NCBI GenBank assembly: GCA_028279745.1
Contig: JANQNC010000001.1
Coordinates: 480,001-512,000 of the forward strand
Length of the DNA: 32,000 nt
Direction of reading: 5' to 3'
Source: Candidatus Nanoarchaeia archaeon
GTDB lineage: Archaea > Nanobdellota > Nanobdellia > Woesearchaeales > JANQNC01
The notes under the pieces are model-generated. The model worked only from the letters and a program-made list of their open reading frames with translations, searched no databases and had not been told where the DNA came from. Below are positions 15,255 to 23,877 of the stretch, piece by piece (within the stretch, counting starts at the first letter, position 1; the number at the start of each line of letters is the position of its first letter). Both the position numbers and the translations under genes were made by a program.

Positions 15255-17474
15255 TTATAACGATCCAGAATAAACTTTCTGCAACTTATCATTTACTGAT
15301 TTAAGAGAATAATCTTTCTCTGCCTTGCTCCTTGCCTGTTTAGAAAGTGAATTCCTTAATGACTTATTTTTCATCAATAATAAAAGTTTATCTTTAAACG
15401 ATTTTTCGTCACTTAGTTCGGCAGTAAATCCTGCACTCCCAACAATTTCTGGGATAGCAAACGTGTTTGATGCAACGACAGGCAGACCATAACTAAGCGC
15501 TTCCGTTACAACTATGCCAAACGGCTCGTTTAGTGTAGGGAAAAAGAATATGTCTGAGGAACCCATTAACTCTTTTACTTTTCTCTCTTTAACAAAACCA
15601 AGGTGTTTTATCTTTCTGTTACTATTTATTATCTTTAAAGTCTTCTTGCTTTTTGGAGTGCTGCCAGTTATGATAAGTTCTGCATTCACTCCTTTAGAAA
15701 TTTCATCAAACAGTTTAACTGCTAAATCTCCTCCTTTTCTCTCAAAAACGGAAGCAACAAAAAGAACTTTAATCTTCTTGTTTGGTTTTTTGTTAAGTTT
15801 TGGCAGATCTATACCACAAGGAACAATATTTATCTTTTTAGCTAACTGATCTTTATCTCCCTCTGAAAGTTGGTTAAGAAAATGGGTTTTAGCAGTATTA
15901 GAACGTAAAAGGATAGATTTACAACTTTCTTGTTTAAGCGCTCTCAAAAGAACATTCCACTCACTAGGGCACGACCTTTCTCTGTCTATTATGTCTGCAG
16001 AATACACCCAATGAATATCAGAAAAAATAACATTACCATCACAATGGATCAAGTCATAATTATTATCACTGTTTACTTTCATAACTTCAGGATAATCTTT
16101 TGACCTAAAATAAGGCAACAGCTTTAGCCCCGAGTATTTGAAAAAAGAACCTAACCAGTTTATTGAAGGTTTTGTCATCGCAAGATACTCCTTTCGCATA
16201 TTGTAAAGACAGGTAAAGTCTAATTTGCTGAAGTAGTTCCCTTCCCCAAACTTGTTCTTACAAAACGCAGGAAGGTAGTAATCAACTTTTTCTGGTCCTG
16301 TTGAGAATAAAGAAGAAATATATCTGTAATTTCCAGAACTCATCGTGTTAATATCCCACGGGAAAAGCATCACTTTTAGCTTTACTGAGTTGTATAGATC
16401 AGACAGCTTCTTCTCTATCACTTCCGCTGAAAAATTCTTGATAAGATATTTTTTTCCTTCCCCTCCCAGCCTTCTTCGGAGTGCTTTATTACTGATTAGT
16501 TTTTTGAGTTTGGTTTTTAGCTGTGCAAGGTTGTCTTTCTTTATCAAAAAACCCGTTTTTCCATCAACAACTTGTTCAGGAATCCCACAAACACTTGTTG
16601 CAATAACCGGTAAAGAATGGTTCATTGCCTCGAAAATACTTAAAGGAGTTCCTTCACCTCTGCTCGGCAAACAGAATATATCTGCAGACTTATAAAGCTC
16701 TGAGAGCTTTTTGTCCGATACAGATTCAAATATAGTAACATTTCTTATCTTCTCTGCCACAACTTCCATCTTTATATCTGGTTTGCCCACCAAAATAAGT
16801 TTAGCATCATCTTGAATATCTTTAAACGCATCTAGAATTAGGTCCGCGCCTTTTCGTCTTAGTTGATGGCCCACCATCAAAACAACTGGTTTTTTGTTAG
16901 CTTTTTTCTTAAACTGTTTTTCAATCTTAATAGGTTGAGGAATTACTGCAGTTTTAGACTTATCAAAGCCTGTATCTTTTATGAAACTGTCTCTTGCAAA
17001 CTCCGAGAAAAAAACAACTTTTTTACAGTTGGGGTGGTTTAATACTTTAAGATATTTTCTTGAAAAATGTTTAATCCAAAATTTTGATAGCTTATGCTTA
17101 TCACTCAAGCCCCAAATCCTAACTGAGTCGAAGGGGGTGTTGTCAAAAAAATGAATATTTGGCTTATTTGTCATAGCAATCTTATCGTAAACTTGAACAA
17201 TGTCCACATCTTTCGGAACTCTAATATTGGCAAAGTACGAACTAAGCATCTGGAAAGGTTTGACATAGTGGTTTCCAGTTACATAAGGCACCCTTATCCT
17301 AGAAATGTCTAAGGATGACTGTTCTACCTCAACTTTTCTTAAACTTTTTATTTTTGGAAAATTTTTAGGAACAAAATAAGAAAAACTATCTGATTTAATA
17401 TCTGCAAGCTTAAGAAAGTAGCCAGTGCTGCCTCCAAAATGCTTATCCGTATATCCCGTCAACAATATATTCAT
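15255..17474 (-). CDS. Tandem double GT4 glycosyltransferase (two complete GT-B modules in one 739-aa polypeptide)
   Basis: There are two separate EX7E regions: RGEGTPLSIFEAMNHSLPVIAT in the first half and NEPFGIVVTEALSYGLPVVAS in the second half. The module boundary is near aa 375 (about nt 16350). An ATGA overlap joins it to the flippase gene at 17471-17474. Confidence 0.85.
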   Translation of the reverse strand: MNILLTGYTDKHFGGSTGYFLKLADIKSDSFSYFVPKNFPKIKSLRKVEVEQSSLDISRIRVPYVTGNHYVKPFQMLSSYFANIRVPKDVDIVQVYDKIAMTNKPNIHFFDNTPFDSVRIWGLSDKHKLSKFWIKHFSRKYLKVLNHPNCKKVVFFSEFARDSFIKDTGFDKSKTAVIPQPIKIEKQFKKKANKKPVVLMVGHQLRRKGADLILDAFKDIQDDAKLILVGKPDIKMEVVAEKIRNVTIFESVSDKKLSELYKSADIFCLPSRGEGTPLSIFEAMNHSLPVIATSVCGIPEQVVDGKTGFLIKKDNLAQLKTKLKKLISNKALRRRLGGEGKKYLIKNFSAEVIEKKLSDLYNSVKLKVMLFPWDINTMSSGNYRYISSLFSTGPEKVDYYLPAFCKNKFGEGNYFSKLDFTCLYNMRKEYLAMTKPSINWLGSFFKYSGLKLLPYFRSKDYPEVMKVNSDNNYDLIHCDGNVIFSDIHWVYSADIIDRERSCPSEWNVLLRALKQESCKSILLRSNTAKTHFLNQLSEGDKDQLAKKINIVPCGIDLPKLNKKPNKKIKVLFVASVFERKGGDLAVKLFDEISKGVNAELIITGSTPKSKKTLKIINSNRKIKHLGFVKERKVKELMGSSDIFFFPTLNEPFGIVVTEALSYGLPVVASNTFAIPEIVGSAGFTAELSDEKSFKDKLLLLMKNKSLRNSLSKQARSKAEKDYSLKSVNDKLQKVYSGSL

Positions 17475-18946
17475 TTTAACAATGATTTAGTTAATCCCTT
17501 TGCGTCTTTAAATATATTTCTATCAATCAACCTAACCGAAGCAAAATAAACTAAAGCGCCAAGAATTATGAAAAGTATCAAAACAAACACTGATTCGACT
17601 GGAAGAACTTTTTTACCAAAATGGATTGCAGCCAACATAACCAAAGAAGATATCAAAGGTGCCTTTAATACTTTCATGAAATCTCCAAAAGAAGCACCGA
17701 GTACCCTCGCAACATAATAAAAATTAAGCCAGTGAACTGAAAGAGCAGCAAGAGTCAAAGCCAAGCAGGTGCCTGTAAGACCAAAAAGTTTCGTTAAAGG
17801 GTATATTATTGCAGCCAGCACTATCAGCTGTATGAAGGTGGTACGTCTTAAAAGTTTGGGCTTGCCAACTGCTTTAAAGACTTCACCAGTAGTTGCAATG
17901 AGACTTCTTGATAAACCATAAACGCACAAGATCATCAAAGGATAAACCATGGCATTCCATTTTGGGCTGTAAACAATAGGAACAAGTTCGGGCGCAAGAA
18001 TAAATATCCCAAAAGAAGCAGGGAAAGCTACTAACGCAATATATCTAAACACTTTAAAGTATGCTGCTTTCAGTCTTCTCTTGTTATCCTGTATTGAAGC
18101 ATAAGCAGGCAAAACAACTTGAGATACAACAAAAGTAACATTAAACACTGCAAAATTTGCTAGGTGGAACGCTAAAGTGTAAACCCCTAAAGAAACAGTG
18201 CCTAGGATCTTACCTACAAAAGCATCATCCCCCTCATTCAGCAAGAATAAGAAAATAGTGGAGAAAAACATGTACTTACCAAAAACAAAGAGATCTTTTA
18301 TGTAACGAAAAGGAACAGTAAGCATCGGCTTGACAGGAAAGAACAAGAAAAACACAAAGAAATCAAACAACGCAGCAAATATGCCTCCTATAACTAAAGA
18401 CCACACCCCAAAACCGAAGAACGCTAAAGAAACAACTACGATGAATGTGGTTAGATGATTAATAAAACCTAGAACAGATGCTCTCTTGAACTGCATACGC
18501 TTCTTAATCAAGGCAATTGCAGGATGCACAAAAGATTTTATTACTAGTGTCACTGCCATAACTCTTATTATGACTAAAGATGAAGGGTTACTGAAAAAAT
18601 TAGAAAAGAGTGGTGCGAGAAAAAAAACTAACAGAAAAACAACAGATGAGATAAATATAGAAGAGTAAAATAAAGCAGTATAATACTGCCGCTCATGCTT
18701 CCTCTTGTTAATGAATGCGTCTGCAAGACCCCACCCTCCAAGCAGATGGATTGAGTTTATGACTAAATGCCCAATCGCAACAAGACCAAAATCTTCAGGC
18801 ACCAATAATCTTGCAAGAATAATCGTGCTGATAAAAGACAGTACTTTATTAGAACCAAAAGAGATAAACCTCCACAAAATACCTTTCATAGTTTTAGCGG
18901 TTAAAGTAGAGCCTTCACTCAAAAACGATAATAAAAACTTAAACAT
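17471..18946 (-). CDS. Wzx-like (MOP superfamily) oligosaccharide flippase
   Basis: About 491 aa with 12-14 hydrophobic helices. The N-terminus reads KGILWRFISFGSNKVLSFISTIILARLLVPEDFGLVAIG. I prefer ATG 18946, which lies 5 nt after the SD GAGGTG, over the track's GTG 18952, which begins with the last base of that SD. Confidence 0.85.
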   Translation of the reverse strand: MFKFLLSFLSEGSTLTAKTMKGILWRFISFGSNKVLSFISTIILARLLVPEDFGLVAIGHLVINSIHLLGGWGLADAFINKRKHERQYYTALFYSSIFISSVVFLLVFFLAPLFSNFFSNPSSLVIIRVMAVTLVIKSFVHPAIALIKKRMQFKRASVLGFINHLTTFIVVVSLAFFGFGVWSLVIGGIFAALFDFFVFFLFFPVKPMLTVPFRYIKDLFVFGKYMFFSTIFLFLLNEGDDAFVGKILGTVSLGVYTLAFHLANFAVFNVTFVVSQVVLPAYASIQDNKRRLKAAYFKVFRYIALVAFPASFGIFILAPELVPIVYSPKWNAMVYPLMILCVYGLSRSLIATTGEVFKAVGKPKLLRRTTFIQLIVLAAIIYPLTKLFGLTGTCLALTLAALSVHWLNFYYVARVLGASFGDFMKVLKAPLISSLVMLAAIHFGKKVLPVESVFVLILFIILGALVYFASVRLIDRNIFKDAKGLTKSLLK

Positions 18947-18984
18947 ATACACACCTCTCTTTGATATATAATTACGACCAAAAC

Positions 18985-18992
18985 TTTAAATA
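18985..18992. promoter_or_regulatory. TATA-like box TTTAAATA (palindromic core TTTAAA) in the 72-bp divergent spacer
   Basis: The context is CCAAAACTTTAAATAG. It predicts a - TSS near 18961, giving a ~15-nt leader that carries GAGGTG. It predicts a + TSS near 19015, just before GTG 19019. Confidence 0.4.
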
Positions 18993-19018
18993 GTTATCGA
19001 ATAAATAATTATCAAGAG

Positions 19019-20170
19019 GTGTTAGAACTGAAAATCTGTTATGTTGCAACAACAATACATGTAAGCAAAGCACTTAAAGAAGGTCTGGGAGGGACTACAC
19101 ATACCTTCAACATAGCGCGAGAGTTTGTAAGACAAGGACATGAAGTTCATCTAGTGTCTGAGAAATACGAAGGCGATAAAGATTACGAGAAGATTTCTGG
19201 GATTCATGTACACCGATTACTTAGAGGAGTAATAAGTTCTTCAAAAAAAGTTAAAGCTAACCCGTTAAGAAAATTCTTAAGACCTTTAAAGAAAATATCA
19301 AACCTGTATTTAGGATATAAGATATCAGAAGTAGCAAATAAGTATGAATGTGATGTGATATTTGAAAGAGCACAATCACTAGGAACTGGAGCAATAGCAT
19401 CAAAAATAACTGGAAAACCGTTTTACATAGAAGTTGTAGATGACTGCTTCTCAAGATTTGCGGTCAATCAAGCAAAAAAAATATTCTCATTCACAAAAAC
19501 ATTCTTCAATGAAAAAAATAAGAAAAAAGTGAAGATAGTAGAAACTGGTGTAGATACGAAACTATTCAGACCCATAAAAACAAAAACAAAATATGACTTA
19601 TGTTATTGCGGATCGTTCAAAACAGTTGACGGAGTGGAGGACATAGTAGAAGCTGTGAAGATTCTTAGGGATACAAAGAATAAAAAAGTGAAAGTTCTAC
19701 TCATAGGAAAAGGAGAAAGATTTGAAGAAATCAATGATATGATAAAAGAATACGGATTAGAGAAACAATTTTATCTAACTGGACTTAAGGGATATGTGTC
19801 AACAGCAAGTCTCCCAAAACATATGTGCTCAGCAAAAGTATGCGTTGCGCCATTTAATGTAAAAAGAGCTGTCAGAGGCAATTATGAAAAATATGGATTT
19901 TATGCATCCCCTCTGAAGGTGCTTGAATATATCTCGTGTGGACAGCCAGTGATTGCGACAAACTACGCATTAATCAAAAGGATGTTGGGAGATAGAGGCA
20001 ATGCAGTCTTTAGAAGCAATAGTGTGAAAGATCTAGTGGATAAAATTAGTTTAATGTTGAAAAAGAAGAATTTGGCTGCAATAGGCAATAAAAATAGAAA
20101 AGCTTCACTAAAGTATGAGTGGAGCGAATTAACAAAGACATTTGCAAAAGAGTTCAAGGTGAAAAGATGA
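19019..20170 (+). CDS. GT4-family glycosyltransferase
   Basis: 383 aa. The N-domain has LGGTTHTFNIAREFVRQGHEVHLV. The C-domain has YCGSFKTVDGVEDIVEA and YASPLKVLEYISCGQPVIAT. GTG 19019 is the only canonical start in frame, so the start is uncertain. Confidence 0.8.
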   Translation: MLELKICYVATTIHVSKALKEGLGGTTHTFNIAREFVRQGHEVHLVSEKYEGDKDYEKISGIHVHRLLRGVISSSKKVKANPLRKFLRPLKKISNLYLGYKISEVANKYECDVIFERAQSLGTGAIASKITGKPFYIEVVDDCFSRFAVNQAKKIFSFTKTFFNEKNKKKVKIVETGVDTKLFRPIKTKTKYDLCYCGSFKTVDGVEDIVEAVKILRDTKNKKVKVLLIGKGERFEEINDMIKEYGLEKQFYLTGLKGYVSTASLPKHMCSAKVCVAPFNVKRAVRGNYEKYGFYASPLKVLEYISCGQPVIATNYALIKRMLGDRGNAVFRSNSVKDLVDKISLMLKKKNLAAIGNKNRKASLKYEWSELTKTFAKEFKVKR

Positions 20171-21222
20171 AAGTAGCATGGATAAGCGTAATGCCACCAT
20201 CACAAGATGGGCTAGCAGAATACTCTTTAAACTTGTTGGGTGAGATGAGAAAAGACAAGAAAATAGATCTTGTTGTACTAGCCCAGAAAAAACCAAAAAC
20301 AAAACTAAAAGGGCTAAAAGTTGTTAACTGTTGGGAGAAAAACAAAAAGATATCTGAACAGATCATCAAACAGTTGGAGAAAGAAAAACCAGACATCGTT
20401 CATGTACAGTTCCTAGCAGGAATGTTTGGGAAGAAAAACTTACCTTATCTTACTAAACTGTTTAAAGAACTTGAAAAGTACAAAACATTTGCAACAATAC
20501 ACTCAGATCTAGGGAGGATACCCTTGAAAAAAGTTTTCTCTAAGCTGTTCTTTTCAAATATAGACAAGTTTTTTGTGTTAAGCAAGAATCAGAAAGAACT
20601 GTTGGGTAAAGGATTTGGGGTGAAGGGTTCAAAAATAAAAAAAATACCTCACGGATGCTATATAAGAAAACCTTTGACAAGGAAGAGTAAGACAAAGAAC
20701 TTACTTTGTTTTGGGTTCATAAGAGAGAGTAAAGGTTTGAAAGAGATAGTGAGAGTGTTTAATGAGGTTAATGAAAAAGTTCCTGATTCAAGACTTGTAA
20801 TTGCAGGAAAGTGTGAAGATAGGAACTATTTGGGTGCGGTTAAGAAAGGAGTTAAAGGGAATGTTAAGATAGTCAACAAATTTCTGACTAATAGGGAAAT
20901 AACAAAACAATTTTCTGATGCAGACTTAGTGATAGATTTCCCAAAAGATGAAGGCGGGCCGTCAGGAAGCATAAACATGGCAGCAGCATACGGCAAAGGA
21001 GTGGTTTGTGCAGATACACAATATTTATCAGAATATGTTAGAGGAAGTAAAGCAGGTGTGTTAGTTAAGAAAGGAAGTTATGATAGTTTGAAGAAGAAAA
21101 TAGTTGTGTTGCTCAAGAGCAAGAAGAAAATTAATGCATTGGAGAAAAATGCAAGAACTTATTGTAAAAAGAACTCATTCAAAGAAGTTAGTAAATTAAT
21201 CTTAAAGGAGTATAAAAGATGA
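20167..21222 (+). CDS. GT4-like (GT-B) glycosyltransferase
   Basis: I prefer ATG 20167 (MKVAWISVMPPSQDGLAEYS...). It has the SD AAGGTG 5 nt upstream and an ATGA overlap with the previous stop. The track's ATG 20119 would overlap the upstream gene by 52 nt. The C-domain has LLCFGFIRESKGLKEIV and DEGGPSGSINMAAAYGKGVV. Confidence 0.75.
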   Translation: MKVAWISVMPPSQDGLAEYSLNLLGEMRKDKKIDLVVLAQKKPKTKLKGLKVVNCWEKNKKISEQIIKQLEKEKPDIVHVQFLAGMFGKKNLPYLTKLFKELEKYKTFATIHSDLGRIPLKKVFSKLFFSNIDKFFVLSKNQKELLGKGFGVKGSKIKKIPHGCYIRKPLTRKSKTKNLLCFGFIRESKGLKEIVRVFNEVNEKVPDSRLVIAGKCEDRNYLGAVKKGVKGNVKIVNKFLTNREITKQFSDADLVIDFPKDEGGPSGSINMAAAYGKGVVCADTQYLSEYVRGSKAGVLVKKGSYDSLKKKIVVLLKSKKKINALEKNARTYCKKNSFKEVSKLILKEYKR

Positions 21223-22322
21223 AGATAGCATTCATATCAGTCTATGCAGGAATAATCGAGGGAGGTGTTGAGAGACACACCCACAGGATTGCAAAAGAGC
21301 TGGCTAAAAAGAACGAGGTTACAATCTTTACAGTCGATAAACACAAGGGTAAAACGTATAAGAATAAAACTGTCGACAAAGTAAAATATGTAAGACTCCC
21401 AGTAAGTTTAGATCTAAGCTACAGATTAAAGGTGTGGCCTGCACTTTACAAAGAGTTACTGAAAGGATATGACATAATACAAGGATTTGGACACGGACAT
21501 CTTTATTTTTCAAAAGTAATCAAAGCAGCAAAGAAAACAAAAGCAAAACTGTTCTACACAATCTATGGGCCTGTAGAAAAAGAATCAAACTATTCTAATC
21601 TTGAGCGAATATTTATCAAGGTTCTTTTATCTGGAAATGACAGAAAAGTAGTTGAATGTGATAAAATATTCTTAAGAAACCCTGTTTTTGCAAAAGAATG
21701 GTTGATGGAATTGGGAGTCAGTTCTAGAAAGATTGTTGTAGATGTTGGCGCAATAGATAAAAAATATCTGGGACAAAAGAAAGTAAAGGAAAAAGAGAAC
21801 ACAATATTGTATAATGGAAGGATAGACCCACAAAAAGGACTTCAATATCTAATTGATGCAATGAAAGAAGTCATAAGTCATGAACCAAAAGCACAATTGG
21901 TTGTGACAGGCCCAGACCAAGACGGTTTTGAGAGACAGATGAAAGAAAAAGTAAGGAAAATGGGGCTTGTCAAGAATGTCAAGTTTTTAGGAAAAGTTAC
22001 AGAAGAAAAGTTAGTCAAACTGTTTGATCAAGCTACTGTGTTTGTGTTACCTTCAACATATGAAGGGTTAGGACAGTCTCTAATCAAAGCTATGGCCAGA
22101 GGAAAAGGGTGCATAGCATTCAACACCGGCTCGATACCTTGGGTGCTGGATAACGGGAAGTGCGGCGTGATTGTTAACGATGCAGGTGATTTTTCAGACA
22201 AAATAATTGAACTCCTAAGATATAAGAAAAAAAGAGCAAGCTTAGGTAAGAAAGCAAAACAAAGAGCAAAAATATTCACACATGAACAAACATTGAAAAA
22301 GATAATCAAAGAATACAAATAA
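21219..22322 (+). CDS. GT4-family glycosyltransferase
   Basis: 367 aa. It starts MKIAFISVYAGIIEGGVERHTHRIAKELAKKNEV and has a canonical EX7E region, PSTYEGLGQSLIKAMARGKGCIAF. The SD AAGGAG lies 8 nt upstream, with an ATGA overlap. Confidence 0.9.
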   Translation: MKIAFISVYAGIIEGGVERHTHRIAKELAKKNEVTIFTVDKHKGKTYKNKTVDKVKYVRLPVSLDLSYRLKVWPALYKELLKGYDIIQGFGHGHLYFSKVIKAAKKTKAKLFYTIYGPVEKESNYSNLERIFIKVLLSGNDRKVVECDKIFLRNPVFAKEWLMELGVSSRKIVVDVGAIDKKYLGQKKVKEKENTILYNGRIDPQKGLQYLIDAMKEVISHEPKAQLVVTGPDQDGFERQMKEKVRKMGLVKNVKFLGKVTEEKLVKLFDQATVFVLPSTYEGLGQSLIKAMARGKGCIAFNTGSIPWVLDNGKCGVIVNDAGDFSDKIIELLRYKKKRASLGKKAKQRAKIFTHEQTLKKIIKEYK

Positions 22323-22328
22323 CTAACT

Positions 22329-23249
22329 TTAGTTCTCTTCAAGAAGTGATTTAAGCGTTTCAACAATTGCAGATTCTGAGTTAAATTGAGGACTCCAACC
22401 AATATCTTTTAGCTTCTTAGCATCAAGCTGCATATGCCTAACATCACCAACCCAACCTTTATCTCCACCAGTAAAGTTGAAGTTAGGTGCTAAGTTCATT
22501 TGTTTAGAAACTAGTTCCGCTATCTTTTTTACATCAACATAGTCATCAGAACCTATATTGTAAATGTTAACCTTGTCATTTCCCTTATCCAGGCCAACAA
22601 GTATTGCATCAGTACAATCCCCAACATGAATATATGACTTTGTCTGGGACCCATCACCTAATATTTCAAGGTTTTCTGGATCTGCTCTAAGTTTCTTGAT
22701 AAAATCAAATAAAATTCCATGAGATTCTCTAGAACCAATAACATTTGCGAACCTATAGATCCAAGCCCGCATATCAAAAGTGTTGCAATATGCACAGATC
22801 ATGGCTTCATCAGAAAGCTTTGACGCAGCGTAAAGGGAGATTGGCACCAATGGACCATAGTCTTCAGGAGTAGGCATGACTGTTGCTTCGCCATAAACCA
22901 CAGAAGATGAAGTAAAAACAACTTTTTTTACGTTGTTAATCCGCATAGCTTCTAAAATATTATGGGTGCCGACAATATTCTCCTTAAAGTCAAGATTGGG
23001 CTCTTCAGGACCTTTTCTAACGTCAACTTCAGCAGCCAAATGAAAAACAACATCAACATCCTTAATATTATCTTTACAGAACTCCGCGTCTTTTATGTCC
23101 CCTTCAACAAATTTAGCTTTTTTGTTAAGGTTCTCTTTTTTTCCATTGCTCAGATTATCTACTACAATAACTTCATAACCCCAACTGATAAGCTTGTCAA
23201 CAAGATGACTTCCGATAAAACCTGCTCCACCAGTAACAATAGTCTTCAT
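22329..23249 (-). CDS. NAD-dependent nucleotide-sugar epimerase/dehydratase (extended SDR, UDP-hexose 4-epimerase-like)
   Basis: 306 aa. TGGAGFIGSHLVDKL is the Rossmann motif and YAASKLSDE is the Y-x3-K catalytic pair. The gene has its own TATA box and an SD (AGAGGT + 5 nt + ATG). Confidence 0.9.
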   Translation of the reverse strand: MKTIVTGGAGFIGSHLVDKLISWGYEVIVVDNLSNGKKENLNKKAKFVEGDIKDAEFCKDNIKDVDVVFHLAAEVDVRKGPEEPNLDFKENIVGTHNILEAMRINNVKKVVFTSSSVVYGEATVMPTPEDYGPLVPISLYAASKLSDEAMICAYCNTFDMRAWIYRFANVIGSRESHGILFDFIKKLRADPENLEILGDGSQTKSYIHVGDCTDAILVGLDKGNDKVNIYNIGSDDYVDVKKIAELVSKQMNLAPNFNFTGGDKGWVGDVRHMQLDAKKLKDIGWSPQFNSESAIVETLKSLLEEN

Positions 23250-23288
23250 ATTAAACCTCTTTTTTAAGAATTTTCTTAATTAGTTTTT

Positions 23289-23296
23289 ATTTAAAT
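23289..23296 (-). promoter_or_regulatory. Palindromic TATA-like box ATTTAAAT for the epimerase gene
   Basis: The reverse strand reads ATTTAAATAAAAACTAATTAAGAAAATTCTTAAAAAAGAGGTTTAATATG. The stop codon TAA (23293-23291) of the upstream small gene lies inside the box. Confidence 0.45.
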
Positions 23297-23590
23297 GTTT
23301 TTATTATTCTTTAACTTCTTTCTTACAAAATGAACTGCAAATAAAGCACCTACTGTGAACATAATATATACTGCCATGTCTGAAAACTCAGGAGTGTTAT
23401 AGAACTGCTGGCAAGTTCCCTCAGCACCATTAGGCCCTACAGGATAACCATTAACATCCAAACAAACACTACATTCGGAATCAACCTCGCAAGGATTATC
23501 TTCATATGTGCAAGGCAAGTTACATGCATCTTGAGCGATAACATTCGATAAAAGAACCAATGCTAAAAATAAAAATAAAAAATGTTTCAT
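23291..23590 (-). CDS. Small secreted six-cysteine protein with a PEF-CTERM-like sorting tail
   Basis: 99 aa. The signal peptide is MKHFLFLFLALVLLSNVIA|QD. The ~46-aa ectodomain has 6 Cys (C-x3-C-x6-C-x5-C-x2-C-x16-C). The tail is PEF + SDMAVYIMFTVGALFAVHFV + RKKLKNNKNI. A TAAAATG junction joins it to the upstream gene. Confidence 0.75.
   Translation of the reverse strand: MKHFLFLFLALVLLSNVIAQDACNLPCTYEDNPCEVDSECSVCLDVNGYPVGPNGAEGTCQQFYNTPEFSDMAVYIMFTVGALFAVHFVRKKLKNNKNI
23294..23392 (-). other. PEF-CTERM-like C-terminal sorting signal (motif, TM helix, basic tail)
   Basis: PEFSDMAVYIMFTVGALFAVHFVRKKLKNNKNI. Confidence 0.6.
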
Positions 23591-23591
23591 T

Positions 23592-23876
23592 TTACTTTTT
23601 CTTTCGTATTAATGTGAAAGCAGCTCCGCCCGCAACTATAGCCGCACCAATACCTAAAGTGGTAAGTTCCGGAACTTCTGATTCCTCACCAAAAGGCGGG
23701 TAACAGTAGTTAGTCTTATTTTCTCCTCCACAGTACCAACCCTCTCCACAGACATCATCACAGAAAAGGTCTCCACCTTCACCTGCAACACATATCTCAT
23801 CTCCAGGGATACATTGTGCAAAAGCAACTGAAGCAGCCAATAATACAAAAACAAAATATATCATTAGTTTACTCAT
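23592..23876 (-). CDS. Small secreted six-cysteine protein with a PEL variant of the PEF-CTERM-like tail
   Basis: 94 aa. The signal peptide is MSKLMIYFVFVLLAASVAFA|QC. The ~48-aa Gly/acidic-rich ectodomain has 6 Cys (C-x6-C-x9-C-x3-C-x5-C-x8-C) and one N-K-T sequon. The tail is PEL + TTLGIGAAIVAGGAAFTLI + RKKK. Confidence 0.75.
   Translation of the reverse strand: MSKLMIYFVFVLLAASVAFAQCIPGDEICVAGEGGDLFCDDVCGEGWYCGGENKTNYCYPPFGEESEVPELTTLGIGAAIVAGGAAFTLIRKKK
23595..23672 (-). other. PEF-CTERM-like C-terminal sorting signal (PEL variant)
   Basis: PELTTLGIGAAIVAGGAAFTLIRKKK. Confidence 0.55.
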
Positions 23877-23877
23877 T

